Of a stretch of 64,000 nucleotides of DNA, positions 7,752 to 15,816 are shown piece by piece. Within the stretch, counting starts at the first letter, position 1. Each line of letters starts with the position of its first letter. The DNA lies in assembly GCA_002238425.1 (NCBI GenBank), contig MPMJ01000002.1, forward strand, positions 17,790 through 81,789, read 5' to 3'. The notes beneath the pieces were generated by a model that was given only the letters and a program-made list of their open reading frames with translations, was not told the DNA's origin and searched no databases. The stretch comes from SAR202 cluster bacterium bin16. Lineage in GTDB: Bacteria > Chloroflexota > Dehalococcoidia > Lucifugimonadales > Australimonadaceae. Made by a program: the position numbers and the translations under genes.

Positions 7752-8399
7752 ATGGAGCACCCGTCGCAGAAGCCCACCGTGCGTTTCCTGATTCTGACCC
7801 TGCTTCTGCTGCCGCTCGTCCTGGCGGCGTGCCTGCCTCCTCCCCCTACATCGACGCCCGTCCCGACGTGGACGCCCGAGCCCACCTGGACGCCGACCCC
7901 ACTGCCGACGTGGACGCCGGAGCCGCCAACGCCGACCGCGACACCCACGCCGGAGCCTGGGCCAGCGCAATCCTCGGAACAGGCGCTTCCCGCCACGCCA
8001 ACCCCTGCCCCGTCGCCGACGCCTCGTCCGACGGCTACTGCGACCTCAACGCCGACGCCGGAACCGACGCCCACACCGGACCTCGTTGCGCAGTACATCG
8101 AGGACATCTGCAGCGCGAGGCCGAGCTTCAATGTGTCGACCTCGTCGTTCTCAGAGCTGGAAGAGGGATTCCGCATCTACGCGGAGTACCTCCGGACGCT
8201 CAGTTTTCCTGATGAAGTAATAGACCACTACGAGGCGCACGTGTACGCGGCGAACGTGGTGGTGGACAATCTCGCCCGCGCGGCGGAGACGCGGCCGCAT
8301 GGCAGGCCGATGGGTAACCTGAACGAATACATCGGGTTCCTGTGGTCGCATCCCGAGGCGTACGAGCGCGTCGCGGGCATTGACGTGCCGTGCTTCTAG
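7752..8399 (+). CDS. lipoprotein with Pro/Thr-rich linker, function unknown
   Basis: Signal peptide plus lipobox (LLLLPLVLAAC), then about 90 aa of TPxP repeats, then a globular C-terminal domain. Confidence 0.65.
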   Translation: MEHPSQKPTVRFLILTLLLLPLVLAACLPPPPTSTPVPTWTPEPTWTPTPLPTWTPEPPTPTATPTPEPGPAQSSEQALPATPTPAPSPTPRPTATATSTPTPEPTPTPDLVAQYIEDICSARPSFNVSTSSFSELEEGFRIYAEYLRTLSFPDEVIDHYEAHVYAANVVVDNLARAAETRPHGRPMGNLNEYIGFLWSHPEAYERVAGIDVPCF

Positions 8400-8425
8400 G
8401 ACGCTGAGGGCGATCTCGGCGAATC

Positions 8426-8454
8426 GTAAGGGCACCCACAAGGGGTGCCCCTAC
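8426..8454. terminator. hairpin family C, second copy, between convergent genes
   Basis: GGGCACCC 8430-8437 pairs with GGGTGCCC 8443-8450, plus a flanking GTA/TAC extension. Confidence 0.5.
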
Positions 8455-8512
8455 ACCTGAGAGATTCCTCGACTCCGCCGCGCTCCGCTCGGAATGACAG
8501 GGCCCCTACCCG

Positions 8513-9571
8513 TTAGTCGATGGCGTAGAGGCGGGCGGGGTTGTCCGAGAGGACCTTGTCCACGACGCGGGGTTCCAGCAGGCCGCTGGTCTTCAGCGAC
8601 TTGAGCGCCTCCAGTTCGCTGGAGGTGTCGGAGTGGCCGTAGTCGGAGCCGATCATGAAGTTGTCCTCTGACGCATTCGCGAAGATGTACGGCAGGTCGT
8701 CGTTCGTCTGGCAGGTGACGTACATGCGGCTGTCGGCCATGAGGTTGTCGGTGTCGAACGCGTTGCCGTCGCGGCGTGCGCGGTGTTGCACCTCGTTGAT
8801 GATGTAGGGCACCCAGTTGGCCGCGCCCTCGATGAAGCCGGCGCGCAGGCGCGGGAAGCGCTGCCACAGACCCCGGTACATCATGGAGTGGAACGCGCTG
8901 ATGATGGGCAGCTTGTTACGCGCGTAGGCGTCGCCGTCGGTCAGTTCGACGAACGAAGGGTTGCCACAGCCCGCGTGGATGCAGACCGGCATGTCGTATT
9001 CCTGCGCCGCTTCGTAGAGGGGGTCGAAGTACGGGTCGATGAGGCGCCGGCCGCCCTCGAACCCGCGCATGAAGATGGCGCACGCGCCGTTCTCCTTGCC
9101 GTAGCGCAGCTGTCCCTCTACCTCGTCCATCGAGTCGAGCGGCGGCACGACAGCCCAGCGCAGGCGTCCGTTGCTCTCGGACCAGATGTCGGCCAGCCAG
9201 CGGTTGTAGCTCTTGGTGAGCGCGAGCTCGACCGCGGGATTCTCGGAGATGCGCGTGAGGAAGATGGTGGGGAAGAGCACCTGCACGTCGACCCCGAGCT
9301 CGTCCATATGGGCGAGGCGCGCGGTGATGTCGGCGAGCGTCCGCGTCTCCTGCGACGTTTCGGAGAAGCCGGAGAGTTGCTCGGCGATGGAGCCGGTTCC
9401 CCTCGTGGTGAAGGGTCGCTGGCGGTCCTTGCCGTCGATGATCCAGATGGGCCTGTCGGGCCGGTTGGGGTCGAACTTCGAGACAGGTTGGTACTCCTGG
9501 TCAGCCGGGTCGAGGTACTCCCAGGTCTGGTCGCTTTCGATAACGTGGCAATCAGCGTCTATGATGGGCAT
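8513..9571 (-). CDS. amidohydrolase_2 (ACMSD/LigW-type metal-dependent hydrolase/decarboxylase) family protein
   Basis: N-terminal IIDADCHV (HxH-type metal site). CIHAG, GSDYGH and a NPARLY tail are typical of PF04909-type proteins. Confidence 0.8.
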   Translation of the reverse strand: MPIIDADCHVIESDQTWEYLDPADQEYQPVSKFDPNRPDRPIWIIDGKDRQRPFTTRGTGSIAEQLSGFSETSQETRTLADITARLAHMDELGVDVQVLFPTIFLTRISENPAVELALTKSYNRWLADIWSESNGRLRWAVVPPLDSMDEVEGQLRYGKENGACAIFMRGFEGGRRLIDPYFDPLYEAAQEYDMPVCIHAGCGNPSFVELTDGDAYARNKLPIISAFHSMMYRGLWQRFPRLRAGFIEGAANWVPYIINEVQHRARRDGNAFDTDNLMADSRMYVTCQTNDDLPYIFANASEDNFMIGSDYGHSDTSSELEALKSLKTSGLLEPRVVDKVLSDNPARLYAID

Positions 9572-9659
9572 CGCTGTCCCTCCCTCAGACGGATGGCAGA
9601 AGATTACACCTTTCGCGCCGCGTCAACATCCGTGAGCGGCGCGTCGAGAGGAGCGACTG

Positions 9660-10118
9660 ATGGTGAAGAGCGACGCGGCAACGGTCGAGGAGTACCTGGC
9701 GGATCTGCCGGCGGAGCGGCGCGAGGCGATAGAGACCGTGCGCCGGGTGGTGTTGGAGAACCTGCCGGACGGCTACGAGGAGTGCATGCAGTTCGGCATG
9801 ATCGGCTACGTGGTGCCGCTGAGCCGTTATCCGGTCACGTATAACAAGCAGGCGCTGCAACTCGCAGCGCTGGCGTCGCAGAAGCGCTACATGGCGATCT
9901 ACCTGAACAACGTCTACGGCGACCCGGAGACGCTGGAGTGGTTCACGTCCGCCTACGCGGAGAGCGGCAAGCGGCTGGACATGGGTATGTCGTGCGTGCG
10001 CTTCAGACGCCTGGACGACCTGCCGCTCGACCTGATCGGCCAGACCATCGCCTGCACGAGCGTCGACGAGTTCCTGTCGTTCTACGAGTCGGCGCGCAGC
10101 AAGGCGAAGCGTGGGTAG
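9660..10118 (+). CDS. DUF1801 (YdhG-like) domain protein
   Basis: TVEEYLADLPAERREAIETVRRVVLENLP is the usual DUF1801 N-terminus. GAGGAG RBS lies upstream. Confidence 0.65.
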   Translation: MVKSDAATVEEYLADLPAERREAIETVRRVVLENLPDGYEECMQFGMIGYVVPLSRYPVTYNKQALQLAALASQKRYMAIYLNNVYGDPETLEWFTSAYAESGKRLDMGMSCVRFRRLDDLPLDLIGQTIACTSVDEFLSFYESARSKAKRG

Positions 10119-10159
10119 ATTCCCCCTCATCAGGGGACGGCACAGGGTGGACTGCTGCA

Positions 10160-10430
10160 TCCTCTCGTGACACCCGCCCCTTACACCGGCGCCATCTGCC
10201 CGCGTACCCTGTGCCTGCGATGAAACACAACGCTCCGTCTCTGATGCACATGGTAGCGAGGAAGGAACGCGAAGCACTGGCTCCATCCGGCACCATCCCG
10301 GCCCCAGATCACCCCAGGACGGCCTCGTTCCGGCCCTGGATTGGCCCCGGCTGGAGCCTCGGAACCCCGAACAGATGGGGCCAAATGGTGCCAGATGGGG
10401 CCACGATTCCTCCGTGCAGAAGTGCGCGTG
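10160..10430 (+). repeat. paralogous ~270-nt intergenic element, copy A (candidate structured RNA / operator array / MITE)
   Basis: Alignable with indels to 58375-58640. It contains three phased 10-mers at 10375-10404 and the inverted copy GGCACCATCCCGGCCCCA at 10289-10306. Confidence 0.55.
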
Positions 10431-10449
10431 ACCTGAACAGGAGGCAACG

Positions 10450-12042
10450 ATGGCGAAGCCACGCATAGCGGTGTTTTCGGGGCCGCGTTCGACGATAGCG
10501 AACACGCCGACGCTCGTGACGAGCAACAAGGGGCGGAAGGCGGACGAACCGCAGATAGAGGGGCGGTTCGACCATCTCGTGCCACAGCGGCTGCACGAAC
10601 CGGTGCGGGTGCGCATCGCGAAGTTCAGCGCGCATCCACTGGAGTCGGACGCCCCCGAGGTCTACCACGAAGACGGCAAGGAGTACTACGAGGTGGAGCT
10701 GCGCCCGGAGGACGGCGCGTATCTCCTGCCCTACATGGCGCGCCGCGCCGACGGTTCGGCAGAGGGCACGCCGTTCGAGGACTCTGACCTGACGAACGCG
10801 GCCATCAACTACGGCGGGCGGCAGACGTTCTTCCCCGACGCGTCGCGGCTGTTCGAGGAGATCGACCGCGGGTTGGCCGGACGTGGCCACGACGGTGCGG
10901 TGAGCGAACTGGACAGGATCGCGGACTACGACTTCGTGCGCGTGCTGCCTCCGGCGGGCTACACGAAGCAGGGCGAGACGGCAGGGCGCGATTTCTTCCC
11001 GTACAGCCCGCGCCCCATCGGCAAGTTCCTGTCGAACGCGGCGATGGCCCGCGCCGTGAACATCGTGCAGCAGACCATCGATTCCGGGAATTACGACGGT
11101 TTCATCTGGCTGGAGGGCAGCCCGCACGTCGAGGAGACGCTCTACTGGCTGAGCCTCGTGGTCGACACCGCCCTGCCCTTCGTCGGCATATCGTCGCAGC
11201 GGGCGCACGGGACGCTCGCCAACGACGGCGACCGGAACATCGTAGACGCGGCGCGCTACATCACGTCCGGCCTCGGTGCGGGGCTGGGCGCGGTCGGCAT
11301 CGTGGACGAGCAGATATTCGCGGCCCGCACGTTCAAGAAGGGCGACGCCCGCCCGGGCGGCTACCGCGCGACAGGCGGCCACGGTGGTGTGCTCGGCAGC
11401 GCGGGTGACACGGTCCGCGTCTGGTTCCGCCCCGCGTACTGCACGACGGGCTCGTCCGAGGTCGCAGTGAAGGGCCTGCCTTCGGAGGTTGTCTTCCAGG
11501 AATACGGCGACAGCCCTGCGACGGCGAGCGTGCCCATCAAGGACGGGGACAGCTCGCTGCGCGGCGACGTCATCGCGCCGGTGCACATGGTGAAGTACGC
11601 CCACTACATGGCGGAAGAGGACACGGCAGACCCGGAGGTGGAGGTGGACATCATGGCGCGCATCGAGCGCGGCCTGGCGCAGCAGGCGTCGGACGAGCCG
11701 GGCGCTCCCCGCTTCCACGGGTTCGTGCTGGAGGGTGCGGCCGGCACCGGCTCAGCGCTGCCGAGCCAACTGGCGGCGCTCGCCATCGCGGTCTACAGCG
11801 GCATGCCAGTCGCACGAGTGAGCCGGGGCGACCCGGAGGGCGCGATGCCTCCCAACCCGAACGACCTGACGATAGAGGGGAGCAACCTGGATGCCATCAA
11901 GGCGCGGGTGCTGCTACGCGCCGCGATGCTGCGGCTGGGGCGTCTGCCGAAGGCGCGCGACCCGCGCAATCCGACGCCACAGGAACGCGGAGCGGCGCTC
12001 GCGGCCATCGCGCGCTACCAGGAGCTATTCGACACGCACTAG
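10450..12042 (+). CDS. asparaginase/glutaminase-fold protein with divergent catalytic motif and a large N-terminal insertion
   Basis: DGFIWLEGSPHVEETLYWLSL, PFVGISSQRAHGTLANDGDRNIVDA, GFVLEGAAGTGS and LDAIKARVLL align with the AnsB segments DGFVITHGTDTMEETAYFLDL, PVVMVGAMRP..ADGPFNL, GIVSAGVGNG and NPQKARVLL. Confidence 0.7.
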   Translation: MAKPRIAVFSGPRSTIANTPTLVTSNKGRKADEPQIEGRFDHLVPQRLHEPVRVRIAKFSAHPLESDAPEVYHEDGKEYYEVELRPEDGAYLLPYMARRADGSAEGTPFEDSDLTNAAINYGGRQTFFPDASRLFEEIDRGLAGRGHDGAVSELDRIADYDFVRVLPPAGYTKQGETAGRDFFPYSPRPIGKFLSNAAMARAVNIVQQTIDSGNYDGFIWLEGSPHVEETLYWLSLVVDTALPFVGISSQRAHGTLANDGDRNIVDAARYITSGLGAGLGAVGIVDEQIFAARTFKKGDARPGGYRATGGHGGVLGSAGDTVRVWFRPAYCTTGSSEVAVKGLPSEVVFQEYGDSPATASVPIKDGDSSLRGDVIAPVHMVKYAHYMAEEDTADPEVEVDIMARIERGLAQQASDEPGAPRFHGFVLEGAAGTGSALPSQLAALAIAVYSGMPVARVSRGDPEGAMPPNPNDLTIEGSNLDAIKARVLLRAAMLRLGRLPKARDPRNPTPQERGAALAAIARYQELFDTH

Positions 12043-12059
12043 GGGCGTGCGAGGCAGTC

Positions 12060-12278
12060 TCAGAGGTTGAACCAGGCCAGCAGCCTTCTAAGGCGGGACT
12101 TAGGCTCAGGCCTTGGCCTTGCCGCACGTCGCTTGCCTTCCTCGCGCAGTTGGGACGACGTCATCTCGTCCATCGGCCGTTGCTTCGTGCCGGGCCCGAA
12201 CAGGACTTCTTCGCTGTCGCCGCCCATGCGCTTCACCTGCTCGGCGGCCTGGGACTTCCACTCGCGTCCTCCGTGCAT
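12060..12278 (-). CDS. small basic hypothetical protein (72 aa), paralog of 12394-12615
   Basis: GGAGG lies 7 nt upstream of ATG 12278. It shares EWKSQ..QV..M...S.EVLFG.G...P.DE...S..R.E..RRAARP......LLAW with the neighbouring gene. Confidence 0.55.
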   Translation of the reverse strand: MHGGREWKSQAAEQVKRMGGDSEEVLFGPGTKQRPMDEMTSSQLREEGKRRAARPRPEPKSRLRRLLAWFNL

Positions 12279-12393
12279 GGAAACCTCCGCGTACCGCTGA
12301 CCAGTGTAGCACCCGTGAGCGAGCGCTCGTGCTGAACCTCTCCTCAGGGGAGGCTCAGGCGAAGGTATCCAAGATGTACGAGACGGACGGGGG

Positions 12394-12615
12394 CTAGCGG
12401 CGCAGCCAAGCCAGCAGTCCGCGCGATGTTGGCCGACGGCTCGCAAAGGGCCTGGCGGCCCGGCGGAGCGCTTCCCGTCGTATCTCGCTTGGCAGGAGTT
12501 CGTCGGCGGGCAGATGGCGCCTGCCTGCTCCGAACAGGACCTCGTCGCTGCCGGGCGCGTTCATGAGCCTTACTTGTCCTACAGTCTGGGACTTCCATTC
12601 CTGGGGTGCGATCAA
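12394..12615 (-). CDS. small basic hypothetical protein (73 aa), paralog of 12060-12278
   Basis: GGAGG lies 8 nt upstream of TTG 12615. About 45% identical by eye to the downstream paralog. Confidence 0.5.
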   Translation of the reverse strand: MIAPQEWKSQTVGQVRLMNAPGSDEVLFGAGRRHLPADELLPSEIRREALRRAARPFASRRPTSRGLLAWLRR

Positions 12616-12707
12616 TGTGGTGGCCTCCTGCCACTTCAATTGTATTCCGGTCGGAGGTGGATGCGAGATGATTCTGGCACGAATTTGCGGGCACTTTTCA
12701 CAGCATG

Positions 12708-12740
12708 AACAGAGGGCGTCCCAAGGACGCCCTCTGTTTT
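12708..12740. terminator. strong hairpin between the amidohydrolase stop and the small-protein genes
   Basis: 14-bp perfect stem AACAGAGGGCGTCC / GGACGCCCTCTGTT with loop CAA. The T-run lies on the + strand only, so the direction of function is unclear. Confidence 0.45.
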
Positions 12741-12779
12741 CCGTAAGGAACGGTGTCGGGGACAGCCTCCCCTGCCAGT

Positions 12780-13772
12780 CTATGCTGCGCCGAAGCGAGG
12801 GAAGCACTCCCGCGCGACGTTCTCGAAGACGTTGGCGCGGTCGTCGTCGGTCAGCCAGTCGATGTCCTCGATGACGGGCTTGAGGTCGTCAAGCCATAGG
12901 CCGGTGTTGGGGTCCTTCGACGAGCCGGTGCCCGGACGCTCCGTGCCGAACATGCAGCGGTCAGTCCCCACGATCTTGAAGAGCAACTCCAGCCCCTCCT
13001 TGTTGTAGAGGACGGAGTCGAAATAGAGCTGGCGCAGGCTCTCGTCGAACGGCTTGACGTTCGGCTGACGCCAGCGGAGAGCGCGCCACCGCCCTATCTG
13101 GTACGGGATGGAGCCGCCGCCGTGGCACATGATGATCTTGAGCGTCGGGAAGTCCTCGTACACGGTGGAATCGCAGATAGAGACCGTCTGGATGCTTTCC
13201 TCCGTGATGAAGTGGCCGGTGTACGACTCGCGGACGTTCTTGCAGGAGGCGGAGTGGACGAAGGCGGGAACGTCGTACTTCACCATGCTCTCGTAGAGCG
13301 GGTACCAGTACTCGTCGCCCATCGGCGGTGTGTCGTTGTCGAGCCCCTCCGAGGGGTCTGGGTTGATCATGATGCCGATGAAACCGAGGTCGTTCACGCA
13401 GCGGTCGACCTCCTCCAGCACGACGTCCACGGGCTCGCCGTGCAGTTGCGGGAGCCCGGCAACGCCCTGGTAGCGGTTGGGGTACATCTCGACTGTCTTG
13501 GCGATGAGGTCGTTGTTGACGCGGCAGAACTCTTCCACGAGCCTGCCCGGCTTCTCCGAGTGCATCAGCTGGAACGGGCGCGGCGAGAGGAACTGCATGT
13601 CCGTGCCGACAGCGTCCAGCACCGTGGAGATGTGGTTCTCGACGACGGCCCTCAGCCTCTCGTCCGGTATGCCGCCCCAATGCGAATAGGCTCCCCGGCT
13701 GGAGAGCAGCCCGGCCTTGTAGGCGTACAGCTCGGGCGGCGCGTTCAGGTGTCCGTGGATGTCGATAATCAT
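12780..13772 (-). CDS. amidohydrolase_2 family protein
   Basis: GGAGG lies upstream of ATG 13772. MIIDIHGHLN metal motif, plus VHSASC, CHGGGS and MFGTERPG. Confidence 0.8.
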   Translation of the reverse strand: MIIDIHGHLNAPPELYAYKAGLLSSRGAYSHWGGIPDERLRAVVENHISTVLDAVGTDMQFLSPRPFQLMHSEKPGRLVEEFCRVNNDLIAKTVEMYPNRYQGVAGLPQLHGEPVDVVLEEVDRCVNDLGFIGIMINPDPSEGLDNDTPPMGDEYWYPLYESMVKYDVPAFVHSASCKNVRESYTGHFITEESIQTVSICDSTVYEDFPTLKIIMCHGGGSIPYQIGRWRALRWRQPNVKPFDESLRQLYFDSVLYNKEGLELLFKIVGTDRCMFGTERPGTGSSKDPNTGLWLDDLKPVIEDIDWLTDDDRANVFENVARECFPRFGAA

Positions 13773-13904
13773 GTGGTGTCCTCCTCGAGAGCGTGTGCTT
13801 TGCTCTCGGCGGGATGCTAGCACGCAGCAGCGCACGCTGCGCGTCGGTGGTAGGATGCGGCCTGCGCTGGAGCGCAGATGCACTCGTAAGGTCAGGAGGC
13901 GGCG

Positions 13905-14687
13905 ATGCTACTGGAAGGCAAGGTTGCGGTCGTAACGGGCAGCGGGCCGAACATCGGCGGCGAGATCTGTCGAACGCTGGCGCGCGAAGGCGCGAAGATC
14001 GTGTGCGTGGACTTCCTCGACGACCGCGCCGACGTGGCCGCGGCATCCGTCCGCGAGGAGGGCGGCGACGCGATAGGCTTCAGTTCGGACATCTCGTCCC
14101 CCGAGCAGGTGGAGGACCTGTTCAAGCGCGTGGATGAGGAGTACGGGCGCGTGGACATCCTCGTGAACAACGCCGCCGTGAACAACGAGGCGGGGCTGCT
14201 GGACGTCGAGTACGAGAAGTGGAAGTGGGTACAGTCCGTCATCATGGACGGGACGATGCTGTGCAGCCAGCAGGCTGCACGCCGGATGGTGGCGCAGGGC
14301 GAGGGCGGCGCCATCGTCAACACGGCTTCGACGACCGGCCACCGTGGTAAGGCAGGGTTCATCGCGTACTCCGCGTCCAAGGGTGCGGTGCTGCAGATGA
14401 CGCGCACGATGGCGATACAACTGGCGCCGCACGGCATCCGCGTGAACTCCATCACGCCGACGCAGACCGGCGACAACCGGGGCACGACGCCCGGCGGCAG
14501 CACCGCCCCGCGTGCGGAGAAGCCGAAGAACATCCCGCTCGGCAGGTGGGGCCAGCCGTCTGACCAGGCGGGGGCAGTGCTGTTCCTCGCGTCGCCGATG
14601 TCAGCGTTCGTCACGGGCGAGAACATCAACGTGGACGGCGGCCTGCTGGCGCTCTTCCCGTCCGAGCGGGGGTTGATGGAGACGTAG
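13905..14687 (+). CDS. SDR family oxidoreductase (FabG-like)
   Basis: KVAVVTGSGPNIGGEI (TGxxxxxG), NNAAV and YSASKGAV (YxxxK) motifs. Confidence 0.85.
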   Translation: MLLEGKVAVVTGSGPNIGGEICRTLAREGAKIVCVDFLDDRADVAAASVREEGGDAIGFSSDISSPEQVEDLFKRVDEEYGRVDILVNNAAVNNEAGLLDVEYEKWKWVQSVIMDGTMLCSQQAARRMVAQGEGGAIVNTASTTGHRGKAGFIAYSASKGAVLQMTRTMAIQLAPHGIRVNSITPTQTGDNRGTTPGGSTAPRAEKPKNIPLGRWGQPSDQAGAVLFLASPMSAFVTGENINVDGGLLALFPSERGLMET

Positions 14688-14713
14688 GCGGGAGGCTAGA
14701 CGTAGGCGGGAGG

Positions 14714-15055
14714 CTAGACGTCGGGGACCAGCGGTTCCAGCCGCTCGATCAAGGCGGGAAGGTCTTCCCGGACGGTGCTCCAAACGATGTCAAGACTGAC
14801 GTTGAAGTACCCGTGCACCAATTGGTTGCGCATCCCGATGCACTCCTGCCAAGCGACGCTGGGAGCCGCTTCTTCCAGATGCTCTCTGATATGGGTTGCC
14901 GCTTCTCCGATGACGATTATTGCGTAACAGGCGGCATCCTGATGAAGGCTGCTTTGGGCGAACTCCGCGAGAGTCATCCCTTCGACCGCTGAAACCGCTT
15001 TACGAGCGGCCAATACAATGTCTCCGAGATAGGCCCTTGGGTCACGCAGCGTCAT
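14714..15055 (-). CDS. hepT: HepT-type (DUF86/HEPN) toxin of a MntA-HepT module
   Basis: RNQLVHGY (Rx4H HEPN motif). Overlaps the upstream mntA by 14 nt. A/T-ending codons are visibly more frequent than in neighbouring genes. Confidence 0.75.
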   Translation of the reverse strand: MTLRDPRAYLGDIVLAARKAVSAVEGMTLAEFAQSSLHQDAACYAIIVIGEAATHIREHLEEAAPSVAWQECIGMRNQLVHGYFNVSLDIVWSTVREDLPALIERLEPLVPDV

Positions 15056-15365
15056 AGATGACTTGTGCGGATTCGAGCACGGCATTCTTTCGGTAGGGAT
15101 TCGGGCTCCCGTTGACGGCGTTCAGGTCGACCAGGTCAACCTTGCGGCCGAACAGAACAGCAAGCTCCTCCTCCATCTTCATGAAGTCGGCGAATCGGTA
15201 TCGCACAGCGGGAGCGAAGCGCGCGAGTACGTCAACGTCACTCTCAGGCCGAAAGTCATCGCGTAGCACCGAGCCGAACAGCGCAAGTTCCGTGATCTGC
15301 CAGCGTCCGCAGAACGCTGCCAGTTCAGCATCAGGCACTCGTATCTGTGGTTTGGTCGTGGCCAT
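15042..15365 (-). CDS. mntA: MntA-type nucleotidyltransferase antitoxin
   Basis: LFGSVLRDDFRPESDVDVL (GSx..R..x..SDxD minimal nucleotidyltransferase motif). AGGAGG RBS. Confidence 0.75.
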   Translation of the reverse strand: MATTKPQIRVPDAELAAFCGRWQITELALFGSVLRDDFRPESDVDVLARFAPAVRYRFADFMKMEEELAVLFGRKVDLVDLNAVNGSPNPYRKNAVLESAQVIYDAA

Positions 15366-15383
15366 ACCTGGATTCTATCCCTC

Positions 15384-15806
15384 CTACCCGGCCCAAGGGT
15401 CGTAGGAGCCGATGTGCCAGAGCTGGCCCTCCGGGTCGCGGACGGCGAAGAGGCTGCCGCCGTAGAACTGCTCCTGGATCTCCATGACGATGTTCGCACC
15501 AGCTGCCTTAACGCGCTCGTAGTGCGCCTCGATATCGCTGACAACGACCAGGTTCGCCTGTGTGAGCCTGCCTCCTGGTTCAGGAGGAAAGACGATGGCG
15601 CCGGGGTCGTCCATCCGCGCGGAACCGAGCATAACCATCCCGTTGCCCAGCGTGAGCTGCGCGTGCGCGATGCCGCCTTCTCCGTTCGGCACGACGAGGC
15701 GGCGTTCGAATCCGAGCACGTCGCAGAGCCAGTCGATGGCGGCCGGCGCGTCGCGGTAGGTCATGCCGGGGACGACGTAGCCCTTCGGCTCCACTGCGTC
15801 AGCCAT
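15384..15806 (-). CDS. VOC/glyoxalase family protein (PhnB-like)
   Basis: YRDAPAAIDWLCDVLGFE, AHAQLTLGNGMVMLG and FAVRDPEGQLWHIGSYDPW are typical of this group. Confidence 0.75.
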   Translation of the reverse strand: MADAVEPKGYVVPGMTYRDAPAAIDWLCDVLGFERRLVVPNGEGGIAHAQLTLGNGMVMLGSARMDDPGAIVFPPEPGGRLTQANLVVVSDIEAHYERVKAAGANIVMEIQEQFYGGSLFAVRDPEGQLWHIGSYDPWAG

Positions 15807-15816
15807 GGGCAGCCGC

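Noticed and set aside
7850-8080. Short periodic repeats (acgcc/ccgac units), checked as a possible CRISPR or tandem-repeat locus. Similar repeats occur at 54120-54260.
   Set aside because: They are in-frame Pro/Thr-rich linker coding repeats of two lipoproteins. They have no spacer structure.
10374-10430. 18-codon upstream ORF MGPNGARWGHDSSVQKCA in front of the asparaginase-fold gene (leader-peptide idea)
   Set aside because: Only the first 10 codons are shared with copy B, because they are the 10-mer repeats. In copy B the frame runs on for about 60 unrelated codons. The conservation is at nucleotide level, not peptide level.
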